Assembly: GCA_964437705.1 (NCBI GenBank)
Contig: CAYTHX010000007.1
Location: 2,350-66,349 of the forward strand
Length of the DNA stretch: 64,000 nucleotides
Direction of reading: 5' to 3'
Origin: an uncultured Nitrososphaeria archaeon
GTDB taxonomy: Archaea > Thermoproteota > Nitrososphaeria > Geothermarchaeales > JDFR-13
Under the pieces are notes generated by a model. That model worked only from the letters and a program-made list of their open reading frames with translations. It made no database searches and was not told the DNA's origin. A program made the position numbers and the translations under genes. Below are positions 1-10,436 of the stretch, piece after piece; position 1 is the first letter of the stretch, and each line of letters begins with the position of its first letter.

Positions 1-24
1 ATCTTCGTCAAATATTCACTACAA

Positions 25-228
25 CTATACTACTAAATCTACTGGTTTCTCAGGAATATACTCTATAGGCGTATATTCTAAGTTAACACTTCTCCCTTTA
101 AGCGTTCTTACTAGATTCTCTAGATCATCAGCTATAATCTCATCGCCTACTATCACGATATACTTACCCCTATACATCTCACATATATCCTTAAACCTCT
201 AAAATACTCTCTGCTCTAATACTACAAC
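25..228 (-). pseudogene. DUF5678-like small protein; intact part 25..177 (MYRGKYIVIVGDEIIADDLENLVRTLKGRSVNLEYTPIEYIPEKPVDLVV), in-frame TAG at 199-201 interrupts the upstream coding-like segment
   Basis: Manual translation. The 'YRGKYIVIVGDEII...YIPEKPVDLVV' pattern resembles DUF5678 proteins from memory. The upstream in-frame text reads VVVLEQRVF*RFKDICE. Confidence 0.45.
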
Positions 229-848
229 TCATAACTAAACCTCTCACATATGCACTACTATATACAGTAACATCCAATATAAATACATCCCCTTAACCTC
301 ATATTACTATGAATTTTAGTGTTACTTCGGTACATGGTACAGAAACCTCTTCATGTAGTACTTTGTTGTGCTTAAAATTCCTAATATAAGTTTATTGCGG
401 GAAACTGTTAACCTAATAGAATCTGAGCATCTACCCTATTGTATAATTATGATGTGCTTATGTATGAAGGGCGTTCGTCTAAAACGTTAGAGGTAGTATA
501 TAGGACCACTAGGAGTAATAGTAGTCATAGAGTCGAGAGTCTAAAGTTTTGTAAACTATTTCAAGAGAAAGTTGTAATTGCAGTAACTAGCAGTAACGAT
601 ATGTTATTAACGTCCATACAATCGTATACTTATAGGACTTCTAGAATCATAAGAGGGTCTATGAATAAGCCTTATTAATCAATGAAACTTTAAATATGCT
701 ATCTAGCATAGGAGAAAGTAAGTAAGTTAACTCTAGAAGATAACTATATAATCGTTGGGGGATTCTATGAAAGACCTTGTTCATTTCAACTCTAAATCAT
801 TAAATAGGAAGGTCTTGAGTGGTGAGCTCCTAACAAGCATTACTCTAT

Positions 849-3800
849 TTAAATTTTTTGTATTGCTATACTAACCTTCTTGCCATTTACGTTCCATTTG
901 CGAGTATATGCGTCTGTTGGTGCTTTAGATATATTTATGTCTTTAGCTCTTGTTTCGTACATTATGTACTCCTTATGTTTCTCTATGCTATCAAGTATTT
1001 CCTGTGCTGAAGTTTCAATGAATACGGAAATTTGGTCCAAAATATTTAGGTTGATATCTTTTCTCATCTGTTGAATTCTTCTAACAATATCTTTTGCTAT
1101 TCCTTCGTAAAGTAATTCTTTATCTACTTTTATGTTCAAAAAGATAAAGAAGCCTCTGCAAATAATGCAATCATAAGGCTCGCAAGCCTTTACAGTTACT
1201 GTTACATCTTCAGGTGTAATTATAAACTCTTCATTTTCCAGTGATAATGTAATTTGATTTCCATTCAGTAGGTTAATAGCGTCTTTTTTCTCAATTCTAT
1301 TTATTAATTTCTCTATTTTTGACACCTTTTTGCCATGTTTAGGGCCCACTACCTTATAGTTTAATTTAATTTCAAATATTACTAGGTTATTCAACTCATT
1401 GCTTGAGTATCTCTTTATTTCCCTAATATTGGCTTGCTCTAATAAGATTTCTTTCATTCTATCAGATAGTGTATCATATATTTCTTGTGGGATTATCGCT
1501 TCTTTAAGAGGCTGTCTATTTTTAATCTTATGTTTCTGTCTAATTGCAGCTAACCCTGCAATTATATCCCACAGTATCTCGTACCTCCTAGTGAGTTCCT
1601 CATAAATTAGATTAGCCTCAACTTGTGGCCAGGTTTCTAGGTGCACGCTTTCCAAACTTTCCCTATCGAACCTAGATAAGATCATACTATATAAATACTC
1701 TGATAAATGAGGAGCAAATGGCGAGAGAATTATTGCAGCACGCTTAAGTATATAATGCAGCGTATCATACACCGCGGTTTTCTTCGGATCCTCTTCTTCG
1801 ATCCATACTCTTCTTCTTACAAGTTTAATATACTTTCTACTTAGATCCTCAACTATGAACTCAAGAATTTTTCTAATGGCATTATGAACATAGTATTTAT
1901 CCATTTCTTTGGTTATGTCCTTAAGCACTGTCTCAAATTTTGACAATATCCAGAGATCTTCTTCCAGTAGATTACCAGTATTGATAGGTTCTTTATACTT
2001 ATAGTTATCTAACTCTGCATATGTCTTGTAGAACTCATAGGTGTTAATTATAATATTCAATATCCTTAATATCTCATCAAGCCTTTTATATAGTGTTAAC
2101 ATATCTTCCCATATAGTATGGGATAGTAAGTATATTCTGAACGGGTCAACACCATATTTCTCAATAAACTCCTCTGGATACTTAACATTACCTAATGATT
2201 TATGCATTCCCCTTCCTTGCTCATCTAGTGTAAATCCGTGAACTAATACTGTCCTATATGGACATTCATCAAATGCTGCTACACCTAAACATAACATAGC
2301 ATAAAACCATCCTCTAGTTTGGTCATGTCCCTCTGTTATAAAGTCAACAGGCCATAACTCGTTAAATGTCTCCTTATTAGCTGGATAGTTGATCGAAGCC
2401 CATGGTGCAGCACCTGAATCTATCCAAACATCCAAAACATCTGGTATTCTCCTCATTATACCACCACATTCAGGACATGACCATGTAATCTGGTCAATAT
2501 AAGGTCTGTGAAGGTCCTCTACATGAAATCCTTTTCTAATAAGGTCATCGAGGCCTCCGATAACTTCAGTATAACCACATTCTTCACATCTCCAGATAGG
2601 TGCCGGTGTACCCCAATATCTCTGTCGCGTTATAACCCAGTCACGAGCTGTCTCAAGCCATAATCCGAACCTTTGTTCACCAGCCCATTTAGGAACCCAT
2701 GAAACTTTTCTATTTTCAGAGATTAGTTTATCCTTAATCTGGCTGAGTTTTATAATCCATTGTTTAGTGGTTTTCATGAACAATGGCGTGTGACATCTCC
2801 AGCAGAATGGATATCTATGGATTTTCTTTTCTTCCTTGTAGAGATATCCTAACTTCCTTAAATCCTCAACGATTGTGTTATCAGCGTCAAAAATATAGAG
2901 ACCTGCATATTTACCGGCCTTCCTTGTGAAATATCCTCTATTATCTACTAATGTTATTATAGGTAAATTATACTCTTTTCCTAATTCAAAGTCTTCCTTA
3001 CCATGCTCAGGAGCTATATGTACTAATCCAGTACCCTCCTCTGGAGAAACGTATTCGCTAGATAAGATTATATAATGAGCGTTAACTTCTCGTTGTGCAT
3101 CTACATAATCCTTTAATGGGCTTATATATTTTTTACCGGCTAGCTCTTTACCATAAAAAATGGATAAAATCTTATACTCTTCATGAATAACCTTATCTAT
3201 TCTGGCCTCCATAATTATAAGCCTTTCTCTGGTTTTCCTCAACTCTACTAAGGCGTAGGTGTAATCAGGATGAACTGCTATCGCTACATTTGAAGGTAAC
3301 GTCCATGGTGTCGTTGTCCAAATTAAAAATGACGTATTCTTCTCATTTGCTACTGGAAACTTTACGTAGATTGAGGGTGTCTCAACATCTTTATATCCCA
3401 TAGAAACCTCGTGCTCGGATAATACGGTCTCACAGCGAGGACACCAATGAAAGACCCGTAAATCCTCACCTAATAGATTTTTCTCGGATATCCTTTTAAG
3501 AATCCACCAGATGCTCGATATATAATCTCTTCTATAAGTAACATATGGATTATCCCAATCCATCCAAACAGCTAAGTTTTTAAACTGGCTAGTTATTACA
3601 TTCATATTTCTTTTAACTAGCTCGATACACTTTTTGTTAAAATTATCTATTCCTACTCTCTCTATGATCTCTTTTTTATTCTTGATTCCTAACTGTCTTT
3701 CAACAGCTACCTCAATTGGTAAACCATGAGTGTCATATCCAGGAATTGCCCATACTTTGTATCCGCATAACCTCTTGTATCGTAGTATACAGTCTTTTAG

Positions 3801-3983
3801 TACTTTATTCCAAGCTGTTCCGATATGTATCCTCTCAGTCACATAAGGTGGACCGTCTAGAAAATAAAATTTCCTTTCTCCTTTTCGCCGTAATACTTTA
3901 TCTATTATCCTATTATTATCCCAATATTTAGAGATCTCTTTTTCAATTTCTCTTATTTTCTTAGATATCACATTGTAACTCAA
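849..3983 (-). CDS. ileS: Isoleucyl-tRNA synthetase
   Basis: FLDGPPY and HIGTAWN (HIGH), WTTTPWTLP editing domain, DWVITRQRYWGTP, GMHKSLGN (KMSKS variant); 1044 aa. Confidence 0.98.
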   Translation of the reverse strand: MSYNVISKKIREIEKEISKYWDNNRIIDKVLRRKGERKFYFLDGPPYVTERIHIGTAWNKVLKDCILRYKRLCGYKVWAIPGYDTHGLPIEVAVERQLGIKNKKEIIERVGIDNFNKKCIELVKRNMNVITSQFKNLAVWMDWDNPYVTYRRDYISSIWWILKRISEKNLLGEDLRVFHWCPRCETVLSEHEVSMGYKDVETPSIYVKFPVANEKNTSFLIWTTTPWTLPSNVAIAVHPDYTYALVELRKTRERLIIMEARIDKVIHEEYKILSIFYGKELAGKKYISPLKDYVDAQREVNAHYIILSSEYVSPEEGTGLVHIAPEHGKEDFELGKEYNLPIITLVDNRGYFTRKAGKYAGLYIFDADNTIVEDLRKLGYLYKEEKKIHRYPFCWRCHTPLFMKTTKQWIIKLSQIKDKLISENRKVSWVPKWAGEQRFGLWLETARDWVITRQRYWGTPAPIWRCEECGYTEVIGGLDDLIRKGFHVEDLHRPYIDQITWSCPECGGIMRRIPDVLDVWIDSGAAPWASINYPANKETFNELWPVDFITEGHDQTRGWFYAMLCLGVAAFDECPYRTVLVHGFTLDEQGRGMHKSLGNVKYPEEFIEKYGVDPFRIYLLSHTIWEDMLTLYKRLDEILRILNIIINTYEFYKTYAELDNYKYKEPINTGNLLEEDLWILSKFETVLKDITKEMDKYYVHNAIRKILEFIVEDLSRKYIKLVRRRVWIEEEDPKKTAVYDTLHYILKRAAIILSPFAPHLSEYLYSMILSRFDRESLESVHLETWPQVEANLIYEELTRRYEILWDIIAGLAAIRQKHKIKNRQPLKEAIIPQEIYDTLSDRMKEILLEQANIREIKRYSSNELNNLVIFEIKLNYKVVGPKHGKKVSKIEKLINRIEKKDAINLLNGNQITLSLENEEFIITPEDVTVTVKACEPYDCIICRGFFIFLNIKVDKELLYEGIAKDIVRRIQQMRKDINLNILDQISVFIETSAQEILDSIEKHKEYIMYETRAKDINISKAPTDAYTRKWNVNGKKVSIAIQKI

Positions 3984-4088
3984 AATGACCCTCCTCTCGA
4001 TGTCTAGAAAATCTTAAAAAAGGTTAACAATAAAAATCTTTATCTATCCTATGTATTTTATTATCTTTAATGAACTGGTGGTTCATGG

Positions 4089-6191
4089 ATGACCAGAAAA
4101 TTGTTTAAAGGCTTTTCTGTAGATATTAGAATACCAAGGCTTACAGTTAATCTTGATAAAGCAATGGTATACATTAGCCTAACTTTTATTCTCATAATAA
4201 CTATTCTCTTGAGAATTTTACCAACCAGATTTGGATTTTATATCTCAGAATTCGATCCTTACTTACAATTATATGCCACTAAGGTAATTGTAAAAGGTGT
4301 TGAAGAAAATGGGCTTGCTGGATTAATGTCCTTCTTTACCCATCATATTGATAAAACATGGTATCCAGAGGGGGTAGATCTCGGTGCCAGGTATTATCCA
4401 GGTGTACCATATTTTGGCGCATTAACGTATCTACTTCTAAGGTCTTTAGGTATTAGCGTATCTGTAGAAAGTGTTGCACTATGGTTACCGGTAGTAACAG
4501 CAGTAATAACTGTATTAGCATCTTACTATTTAGGTAAAATGATAAAAGGCGAGTTTACTGGAATTCTATCTGCTCTTCTGCTATCGATTTCTCCTGCATT
4601 TATTCCACGAAGCATAGCCGGTTGGTACGATACAGAATGTCTAGGAATGCCTACTTTTATTTTAAGTATACTATTCTTCAGCTCAGCTATTAGGGCACGT
4701 GAAAGGAGAAAGTCAGCATTATTTTCAGTACTGGCCGGTTTAATGGGTGGAATTATGGGAGCATCGTGGGGAGCATTCTCTTATCTTATCGTGCTATATA
4801 GTATATTTCCATTTATTGCGGTCATCTCTAAATTGGAGTTAAGCGAAAATTACAAATTATCTCACATAATTACGTTAACATTAATGCTAATGATCGTAAA
4901 TGCTGTCCCTAGGAATAGACTCAACTTTACAGTAAGTATAATTGCTGTATTAGCATATGTCTCCATAATCTTCGTTTTATTAACTGAGTATATTAAAACG
5001 ATTAATTTCTCAAATATTCTAAGGTCTATTATAGCAGCTGCTGCTGTTATTATAATAGTTTCATTAACAGCCGGTCTAGTAGGGTTTGGAGTAAGTGGTA
5101 AGTATATAACGGTAGTTAACCCATTTTATAGAACAGAAGCAGTTTTTGTTACGACTGTTCAAGAGCAAACTGTTGTAAACGTAGGAGCTTTTCTTTATCA
5201 CCTAAATATTTTAATTCCATTCCTGATATTTGGCGTATATTTACTTTTAAAAGATATAGATATGTATAAATTGTTGCTCTTAATAATGCTAATATCCACT
5301 CTCTATGCTGCGTCAAGCTTCGCCCGTCTTTTTATTATGGCTGCACCTATCGTTGCTATAGTATCATCGTATTCCATAGATTACCTAATATCTGTATTTC
5401 ATATGAAGCCAATTGGTAAAAGAAAGTTTGACGAAAGACAAGCCCGAACTTACTTACTGGTTTTAGTGATCCTACTAGTGATCGTTTTCTCCATATTTAA
5501 TTACTCATTTGGCATTCAATATGCTGCAAATATACCACCAACAATTGCGTCTGCAAGTACCCAGCTATCTAGGAATGTTGACGATTGGCTAGAGGCACTA
5601 GCATGGATTCGTGATAATGTACCCGAGGATGCAGTTATTGCAGCATGGTGGGATTATGGATACTGGATTAGTTTTATAGCAAATAGAACGTCCTTAGCGG
5701 ATAACGGAACACTTAACTTAACTAGAATTAAGCTTTTAGCAACCATGTTCTTGTCTAACGAAACAGAGGCACTAAGTATACTTAAAAAGCTTCATGCTGA
5801 TTATGTACTAATTTTTATAGGTACTCAAGAGCTCGAATTCGGAGGATATTATACATTAACAGGTTTAGGGGAGGACTCAAAGTTTATCCAAATGGCTAGA
5901 ATTGCAGGCTTCTCTACTGATAAGTTTATATATTCAGCTGAAGAACGTGTTAAAGAAAGAAAGCCCCTCTATAAGGATGCATTCTGGAATACTTTCTTAG
6001 GAAAGCTAATCCCGTATAGATATGTTATAACGCAGGTTGACCCAAGAAGTGGACGATTAATAGACATCTATGAATATTCACCAAAATATCCACCCGCGGG
6101 TAACGCACCATTAACGTTAGTGTTTAGAAGTAGTCACCATGTAGTAGGAGAAGTTTTAATCTACAAGATTAATTATGATTACCAAGGATAA
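4089..6191 (+). CDS. aglB: Oligosaccharyltransferase AglB/STT3
   Basis: Multi-TM N-terminus with EFDPY, GWYDTE, TVQE, WWDYG, DNGT and DSKFIQMARI motifs. Confidence 0.96.
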   Translation: MTRKLFKGFSVDIRIPRLTVNLDKAMVYISLTFILIITILLRILPTRFGFYISEFDPYLQLYATKVIVKGVEENGLAGLMSFFTHHIDKTWYPEGVDLGARYYPGVPYFGALTYLLLRSLGISVSVESVALWLPVVTAVITVLASYYLGKMIKGEFTGILSALLLSISPAFIPRSIAGWYDTECLGMPTFILSILFFSSAIRARERRKSALFSVLAGLMGGIMGASWGAFSYLIVLYSIFPFIAVISKLELSENYKLSHIITLTLMLMIVNAVPRNRLNFTVSIIAVLAYVSIIFVLLTEYIKTINFSNILRSIIAAAAVIIIVSLTAGLVGFGVSGKYITVVNPFYRTEAVFVTTVQEQTVVNVGAFLYHLNILIPFLIFGVYLLLKDIDMYKLLLLIMLISTLYAASSFARLFIMAAPIVAIVSSYSIDYLISVFHMKPIGKRKFDERQARTYLLVLVILLVIVFSIFNYSFGIQYAANIPPTIASASTQLSRNVDDWLEALAWIRDNVPEDAVIAAWWDYGYWISFIANRTSLADNGTLNLTRIKLLATMFLSNETEALSILKKLHADYVLIFIGTQELEFGGYYTLTGLGEDSKFIQMARIAGFSTDKFIYSAEERVKERKPLYKDAFWNTFLGKLIPYRYVITQVDPRSGRLIDIYEYSPKYPPAGNAPLTLVFRSSHHVVGEVLIYKINYDYQG

Positions 6192-6219
6192 CATTATATC
6201 GAGAAACTCGATACAGATT

Positions 6220-6387
6220 TTATTCCTCCCGTATTTTTCCGAGGGCTTTTGCTTTCAATATTGCATATCGGTCATCCGGTGAAAATTTGGCTGGATGTGC
6301 TAGTACCGTAGTACATCCACAAACTGGGCATTTTTCTTTAAATGTATACCGTTTGCATTTTTTACATTTTCGTAGCTTAAATCTCAA
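6220..6387 (-). CDS. nop10: H/ACA RNP protein Nop10 (55 aa, absent from ORF track)
   Basis: TTG start; MRFKLRKCKKCKRYTFKEKCPVCGCTTVLAHPAKFSPDDRY... Zn-ribbon with HPAKFSPDD signature; usual position downstream of aIF2a. Confidence 0.93.
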   Translation of the reverse strand: MRFKLRKCKKCKRYTFKEKCPVCGCTTVLAHPAKFSPDDRYAILKAKALGKIREE

Positions 6388-7174
6388 TTTTCTCAATCTC
6401 CTCTTTGATCACAAAATTAACCTTATGATTTATTTTAGAAAGAGCATTTTTGATCTCTTTTTGTGCTTTTCTTATTAATGCGGGATCTAGTGATGAGAGC
6501 TTTATGGAGTATCGTGGTGCTGCAATATGTGTGATTTCTGAGTTTATATTCTTAATCCTATTAATGGCTTTCTCTATTAAGTTAAATGTTTCTATGATTT
6601 TATATACTCCACCGGAACCGACATATGAGGCTTCTACTAAAAGCTCTAAGATATACTTTTTAGGACGTACTTTTTTACTTAAATGTCTAAGTATTTTTTC
6701 TTTTTCTCTCTCAGTTAAAGCTGTTTTATCCAGGATTGACGGATAACTTACAATATTTAATACTAGATCGTATAGGTTATAATAGTCCTCAACAATCTCC
6801 CCAAGCATCTCATAAAGCTTCTCAAATGTTGTACCTATCTCAGCAGCAGCTTCTTCAAGCAATTTTTTCCCTCTTCTATTTCTTTTCCATTCTCTTAATA
6901 CCCTATCCCTCTCTCCAGGAGCCACCTCTTTTAGTGAAACATCCACACTTTTTGTAAGTTTATCAATACGCAGAACCTTAACAACTATTTTTTGCCCTAT
7001 TCTTAATACGTCATCTATTCCTCTTATCCATCGCGACGATACTTCAGAAATAGGTAAGAAACCCTTTATACCATAATCCTCTATTGTTAAATATGCACCG
7101 TAGTCTCTTATTTCATCTACAGTAGCTACTACTAGCTCTCCCCTACGCGGTAATTCCCGCTTATCCATATACAT
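6377..7174 (-). CDS. eif2a: Translation initiation factor aIF2 alpha subunit
   Basis: S1 domain, ISEVSSRWIR, KSVDVSLK; conserved rps27e-aIF2a-nop10 cluster. Confidence 0.95.
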   Translation of the reverse strand: MYMDKRELPRRGELVVATVDEIRDYGAYLTIEDYGIKGFLPISEVSSRWIRGIDDVLRIGQKIVVKVLRIDKLTKSVDVSLKEVAPGERDRVLREWKRNRRGKKLLEEAAAEIGTTFEKLYEMLGEIVEDYYNLYDLVLNIVSYPSILDKTALTEREKEKILRHLSKKVRPKKYILELLVEASYVGSGGVYKIIETFNLIEKAINRIKNINSEITHIAAPRYSIKLSSLDPALIRKAQKEIKNALSKINHKVNFVIKEEIEKIEI

Positions 7175-7370
7175 TTCTTATTTCTCCTCTTATTTTTGCT
7201 TTTCCCCCTCTTGGCTCAGCTAGTATTTCACCACATATATGGCATCTAACAACACGTGAAGCGTGTGAAAATACAATCTGCACGTTTGAACACTTTGGGC
7301 AGACAACCTCTAAGAATTTACTTTTTGGCTTTGGAATCAATTTCTCCCACTTCTCCATAAAATACTTCAC
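7161..7370 (-). CDS. rps27e: 30S ribosomal protein S27e
   Basis: PKSKFLEVVCPKC...CHICG...PRGGKA. Confidence 0.96.
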   Translation of the reverse strand: MKYFMEKWEKLIPKPKSKFLEVVCPKCSNVQIVFSHASRVVRCHICGEILAEPRGGKAKIRGEIRNVYG

Positions 7371-7645
7371 CTCGTAATTTCAACTTTTCGCAGTCTAATT
7401 CCCTCTTTATGGAGAATATATCCACAAACAGTGCATGTTAGTTTTAGAACTATTTTCTTTGTTGTTTTTGCTTTTCTTCTCTGTTGTGGCCATTTTTGTC
7501 CTCCGTAACCTTTCTTTTCCCATTCGTGCTTAATAACTCCCCATCTAAGACCGCTTTCTTTTCCCTTCTTATAAATTGAGACCTTGTGTATGGTATGAGC
7601 ATTGCATCTTGGACAATATGTCCTTATTTCCTTTGGTACTATCAT
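7367..7645 (-). CDS. rpl44e: 50S ribosomal protein L44e
   Basis: YCPRCNAHT...GYGGQ...KTTKKIVLKLTCTVCG. Confidence 0.96.
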   Translation of the reverse strand: MIVPKEIRTYCPRCNAHTIHKVSIYKKGKESGLRWGVIKHEWEKKGYGGQKWPQQRRKAKTTKKIVLKLTCTVCGYILHKEGIRLRKVEITR

Positions 7646-8100
7646 TTATCAATGCTCACCTCCTTAATGAAATGTCTCTCCTTTAATAGTTTGTAGTCTT
7701 CCTCATTTATTAAGATAATGTCACCAGGCTTATACGGCCCATATACCTTTCCATTAACTCCCTTAAACTTAGGTATTTCTTTCATAACTAGGCCAACATA
7801 GTAGTGTGATGGGTATTTTTCTTCCCTAGGTAATTTGACATACTTTAAAGCCTCCTCAGAGTATATGCCTCTCTCCGAAGAGACGCGGATATTATACTTA
7901 TGGATACTCTCATATAGCTGCTTAATTAACTCGTATTCCTTACTAATAAGCTTCTTGTGGAGCTCTTCCTTAGTTTCATGTTTCTTTTCTGTAATATCCT
8001 TGAGAATTTCCTCTAGTTTTCGTATTTCCTCAATTATTTCCCCGGCAGCAAGTTTCTCCTTAATTATATCGATTAATTTTTTATATTCTTCTTGCATCAT
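7642..8100 (-). CDS. GINS subunit (Gins51-type, short)
   Basis: C-terminal B-domain-like EIPKFKGVNGKVYGPYKPGDII; conserved priS-gins-rpl44e synteny. Confidence 0.72.
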   Translation of the reverse strand: MMQEEYKKLIDIIKEKLAAGEIIEEIRKLEEILKDITEKKHETKEELHKKLISKEYELIKQLYESIHKYNIRVSSERGIYSEEALKYVKLPREEKYPSHYYVGLVMKEIPKFKGVNGKVYGPYKPGDIILINEEDYKLLKERHFIKEVSIDK

Positions 8101-9223
8101 ACGCTAACCCTCTACATAAGAGGAATATTGCTAATTCTCTTGGTAGGGTGACCCTACTATTATATATCTCCTCATATAATTTATCATTCCAAATGAGACT
8201 TGGCATGTAAATGACATACACTTCAACGGTTATATTGCTCTTTACGCCAATGGAATCTCTATATGGGAAAAAGGTATCTATGTTCTCCATTTCAATTTTT
8301 TTCTTTACTAGTCCTGTTTTCCCATGTAAGGAGTATGGTGCTCTAATAACTCTACTTAAATCAACAGTAACAACCCCGTCAATGGATATTCCCATGCGAT
8401 CTTTAATATATCTACTTATACCGTCTTTGATACTCTTGTGCTTTTTTAAGTACCGAACTAAGCTATTAATTTTACGCTGGTTCCTTAGCTCGGTTACTAT
8501 CCTCTCCTTAACTTTGTCCTGCTTAATGAACCTATTAGTAGCTTCTACTAGTACGTCTATAAGCTCCTGAGTAGGTGTTTTTACAAGTGTTACATCGAAT
8601 GCATCATATGATATAAAATCCTTCAATTCAATCCTTGCACGTTGATCAAGAAACTTTATGTCATCAGATACAACATGGACGTGGAATCCTCTGCTGCCAG
8701 AAAAGTAGATTAAAACGCTTTCCTCCTTTATGCCAATCTTACTTGTTAATCTCTCAACTAGTCTAGACAGCTCCTTCCTAGCAATATTATAGCCAGACAT
8801 GTCAGGAATAGTTATTTCATCTAATGTCTCTTGGCAATTATCACAGAACTTAGTATTACTTTTGTATGCAATGCTACATTTCCTACATATTCGTATTTTC
8901 TCAGATTTGCATCCGGGGATATGATCTATATCGATATCAAATATTAAATCTGAACCTTGCCATACCTTATCCTCCATCGGTCTATCTGGGAATAAGTAGT
9001 ATGAGCACGAGTGATATAAATCCCTGGGAACTGTGGCGGATATCCACGACATAAACTCCTCGCTACTGGTAAATGATAAATGTCTGTGCATAATGCCGTC
9101 GAAATCTGTATAAGCAATTTCTCTCATATTTAATTCGCTTATAGAACTCACTACTTTATTTCTATATAGGATATAATACTCCTTAAAATATTCCCTAACG
9201 AACAGTTTATCTCTTAATTTCAA
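8081..9223 (-). CDS. priS: DNA primase catalytic subunit PriS
   Basis: DLIFDIDID, FSGSRGFHVHV, IDGVVTVDLSRVIRAPYSLHGKTG. Confidence 0.96.
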   Translation of the reverse strand: MKLRDKLFVREYFKEYYILYRNKVVSSISELNMREIAYTDFDGIMHRHLSFTSSEEFMSWISATVPRDLYHSCSYYLFPDRPMEDKVWQGSDLIFDIDIDHIPGCKSEKIRICRKCSIAYKSNTKFCDNCQETLDEITIPDMSGYNIARKELSRLVERLTSKIGIKEESVLIYFSGSRGFHVHVVSDDIKFLDQRARIELKDFISYDAFDVTLVKTPTQELIDVLVEATNRFIKQDKVKERIVTELRNQRKINSLVRYLKKHKSIKDGISRYIKDRMGISIDGVVTVDLSRVIRAPYSLHGKTGLVKKKIEMENIDTFFPYRDSIGVKSNITVEVYVIYMPSLIWNDKLYEEIYNSRVTLPRELAIFLLCRGLAYDARRI

Positions 9224-9354
9224 TTCTTTCTTTCCTCATATCATATTATAGGGAACATTTAAATACTTTGCTTAGTGAAATCCCCTATGCTCAAAAAGCT
9301 GGTAAATATATTTATGTAATTATTTTAGCAAGAAACTCTCTCTAATTTTTAATT

Positions 9355-10353
9355 TTACTTTTTTAGCTTATAGGTTTTCTTTTTATAGACATACGCAAGT
9401 GGATGTTTTATGTTTATGCATATCTCATCCGGAAAACAAAGATTATATGATTTAAGAGTTGAGCATGACGGTACTTCATATACTTTTCGTCCTCCCCTAA
9501 GTCCCATAATATGCTCTACTTGATATCTGGTTCTGTCTTCGTTAAAATCGGGTACTCTGCTAAAGATATTAATAATCTCTTCAACTGAATACCCCATTTT
9601 TCCAAGAAACGTAACAAGAGTAAACCTGGCTATATGTGGAACGCCAGAGGGAATATTATTTATAATCCACTTAATACATGGGGGGTACAAAGACCAGTCC
9701 CTACTTCTAATATCCTCAGTAATCTGTATTGACTGCTTTTGTCTCTCAAGTACTTCTTTTAATTCATTAAGAAGCTTCTCGGAATAAGTAAGTATCTTAT
9801 CTGGTACCAGTGTAATTTTTTCGATATCTTCCATGATCTTTTCTCGTATCTCCTCAGCAAGAATTCTACAAACTCTTACCTTTGAAATATGGACTAGCCC
9901 ATTCTCGACTATGGTATAATATGGTTTCCAGGTTGGGTTAGAAAAACGTGATGAGATTCTAATATACTGTAGAAATGGAATAGCAAAGGAATTATTTACC
10001 AGTTTCATAGGCAGATTAAGATTTTTCGCCAATTTGACAATATTATAGTTGACTTCAGTTAAAAGCAACTTATATGCTCGCTTGCTTTCTTTATCAGCAA
10101 AGTGATGATATATAAATCTATTTTCAGTCCCTCTAACAATTAGAACTGATAAATAATATGAAATCGCTTCAATATCGTCGTTATCCCACATTACTCTTGT
10201 TTCTTTGCCTAATGCTCTCTTATATGCGTAGTTAACAATATGTATTAGATCGTCACTAAAGTACTCATCTATATCCAGAGCTACATTTCTTAGATACTTA
10301 TGTGCCCATTCGTCGAATGGATATTTTGCTGCCCATCTACTTAAGTTCTCCAT
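9355..10353 (-). CDS. priL: DNA primase large subunit PriL
   Basis: Begins with AKYPF; C-terminal Fe-S domain PPCI...PDFNEDRTRYQVEHI...PSC..L...LC..C..HPL. Confidence 0.93.
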   Translation of the reverse strand: MENLSRWAAKYPFDEWAHKYLRNVALDIDEYFSDDLIHIVNYAYKRALGKETRVMWDNDDIEAISYYLSVLIVRGTENRFIYHHFADKESKRAYKLLLTEVNYNIVKLAKNLNLPMKLVNNSFAIPFLQYIRISSRFSNPTWKPYYTIVENGLVHISKVRVCRILAEEIREKIMEDIEKITLVPDKILTYSEKLLNELKEVLERQKQSIQITEDIRSRDWSLYPPCIKWIINNIPSGVPHIARFTLVTFLGKMGYSVEEIINIFSRVPDFNEDRTRYQVEHIMGLRGGRKVYEVPSCSTLKSYNLCFPDEICINIKHPLAYVYKKKTYKLKK

Positions 10354-10436
10354 ACTAAAAACATCATGTATTAAAAAGACGATGTTAGTATATTAAGTAA
10401 CATCTATTACTGTTAAAAATTTTTTGCGCTGACAAC

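Noticed and set aside
199-201. Amber codon as pyrrolysine recoding
   Set aside because: No pyl genes are in the window and no other gene here shows an in-frame TAG; a single substitution in a decaying gene is simpler.
3175-3300. Atypical IleRS signature GMHKS (at about 2195-2215) and editing-domain variants as a novelty
   Set aside because: KMSKS variants such as xMHKS are common in archaeal and eukaryote-type IleRS.
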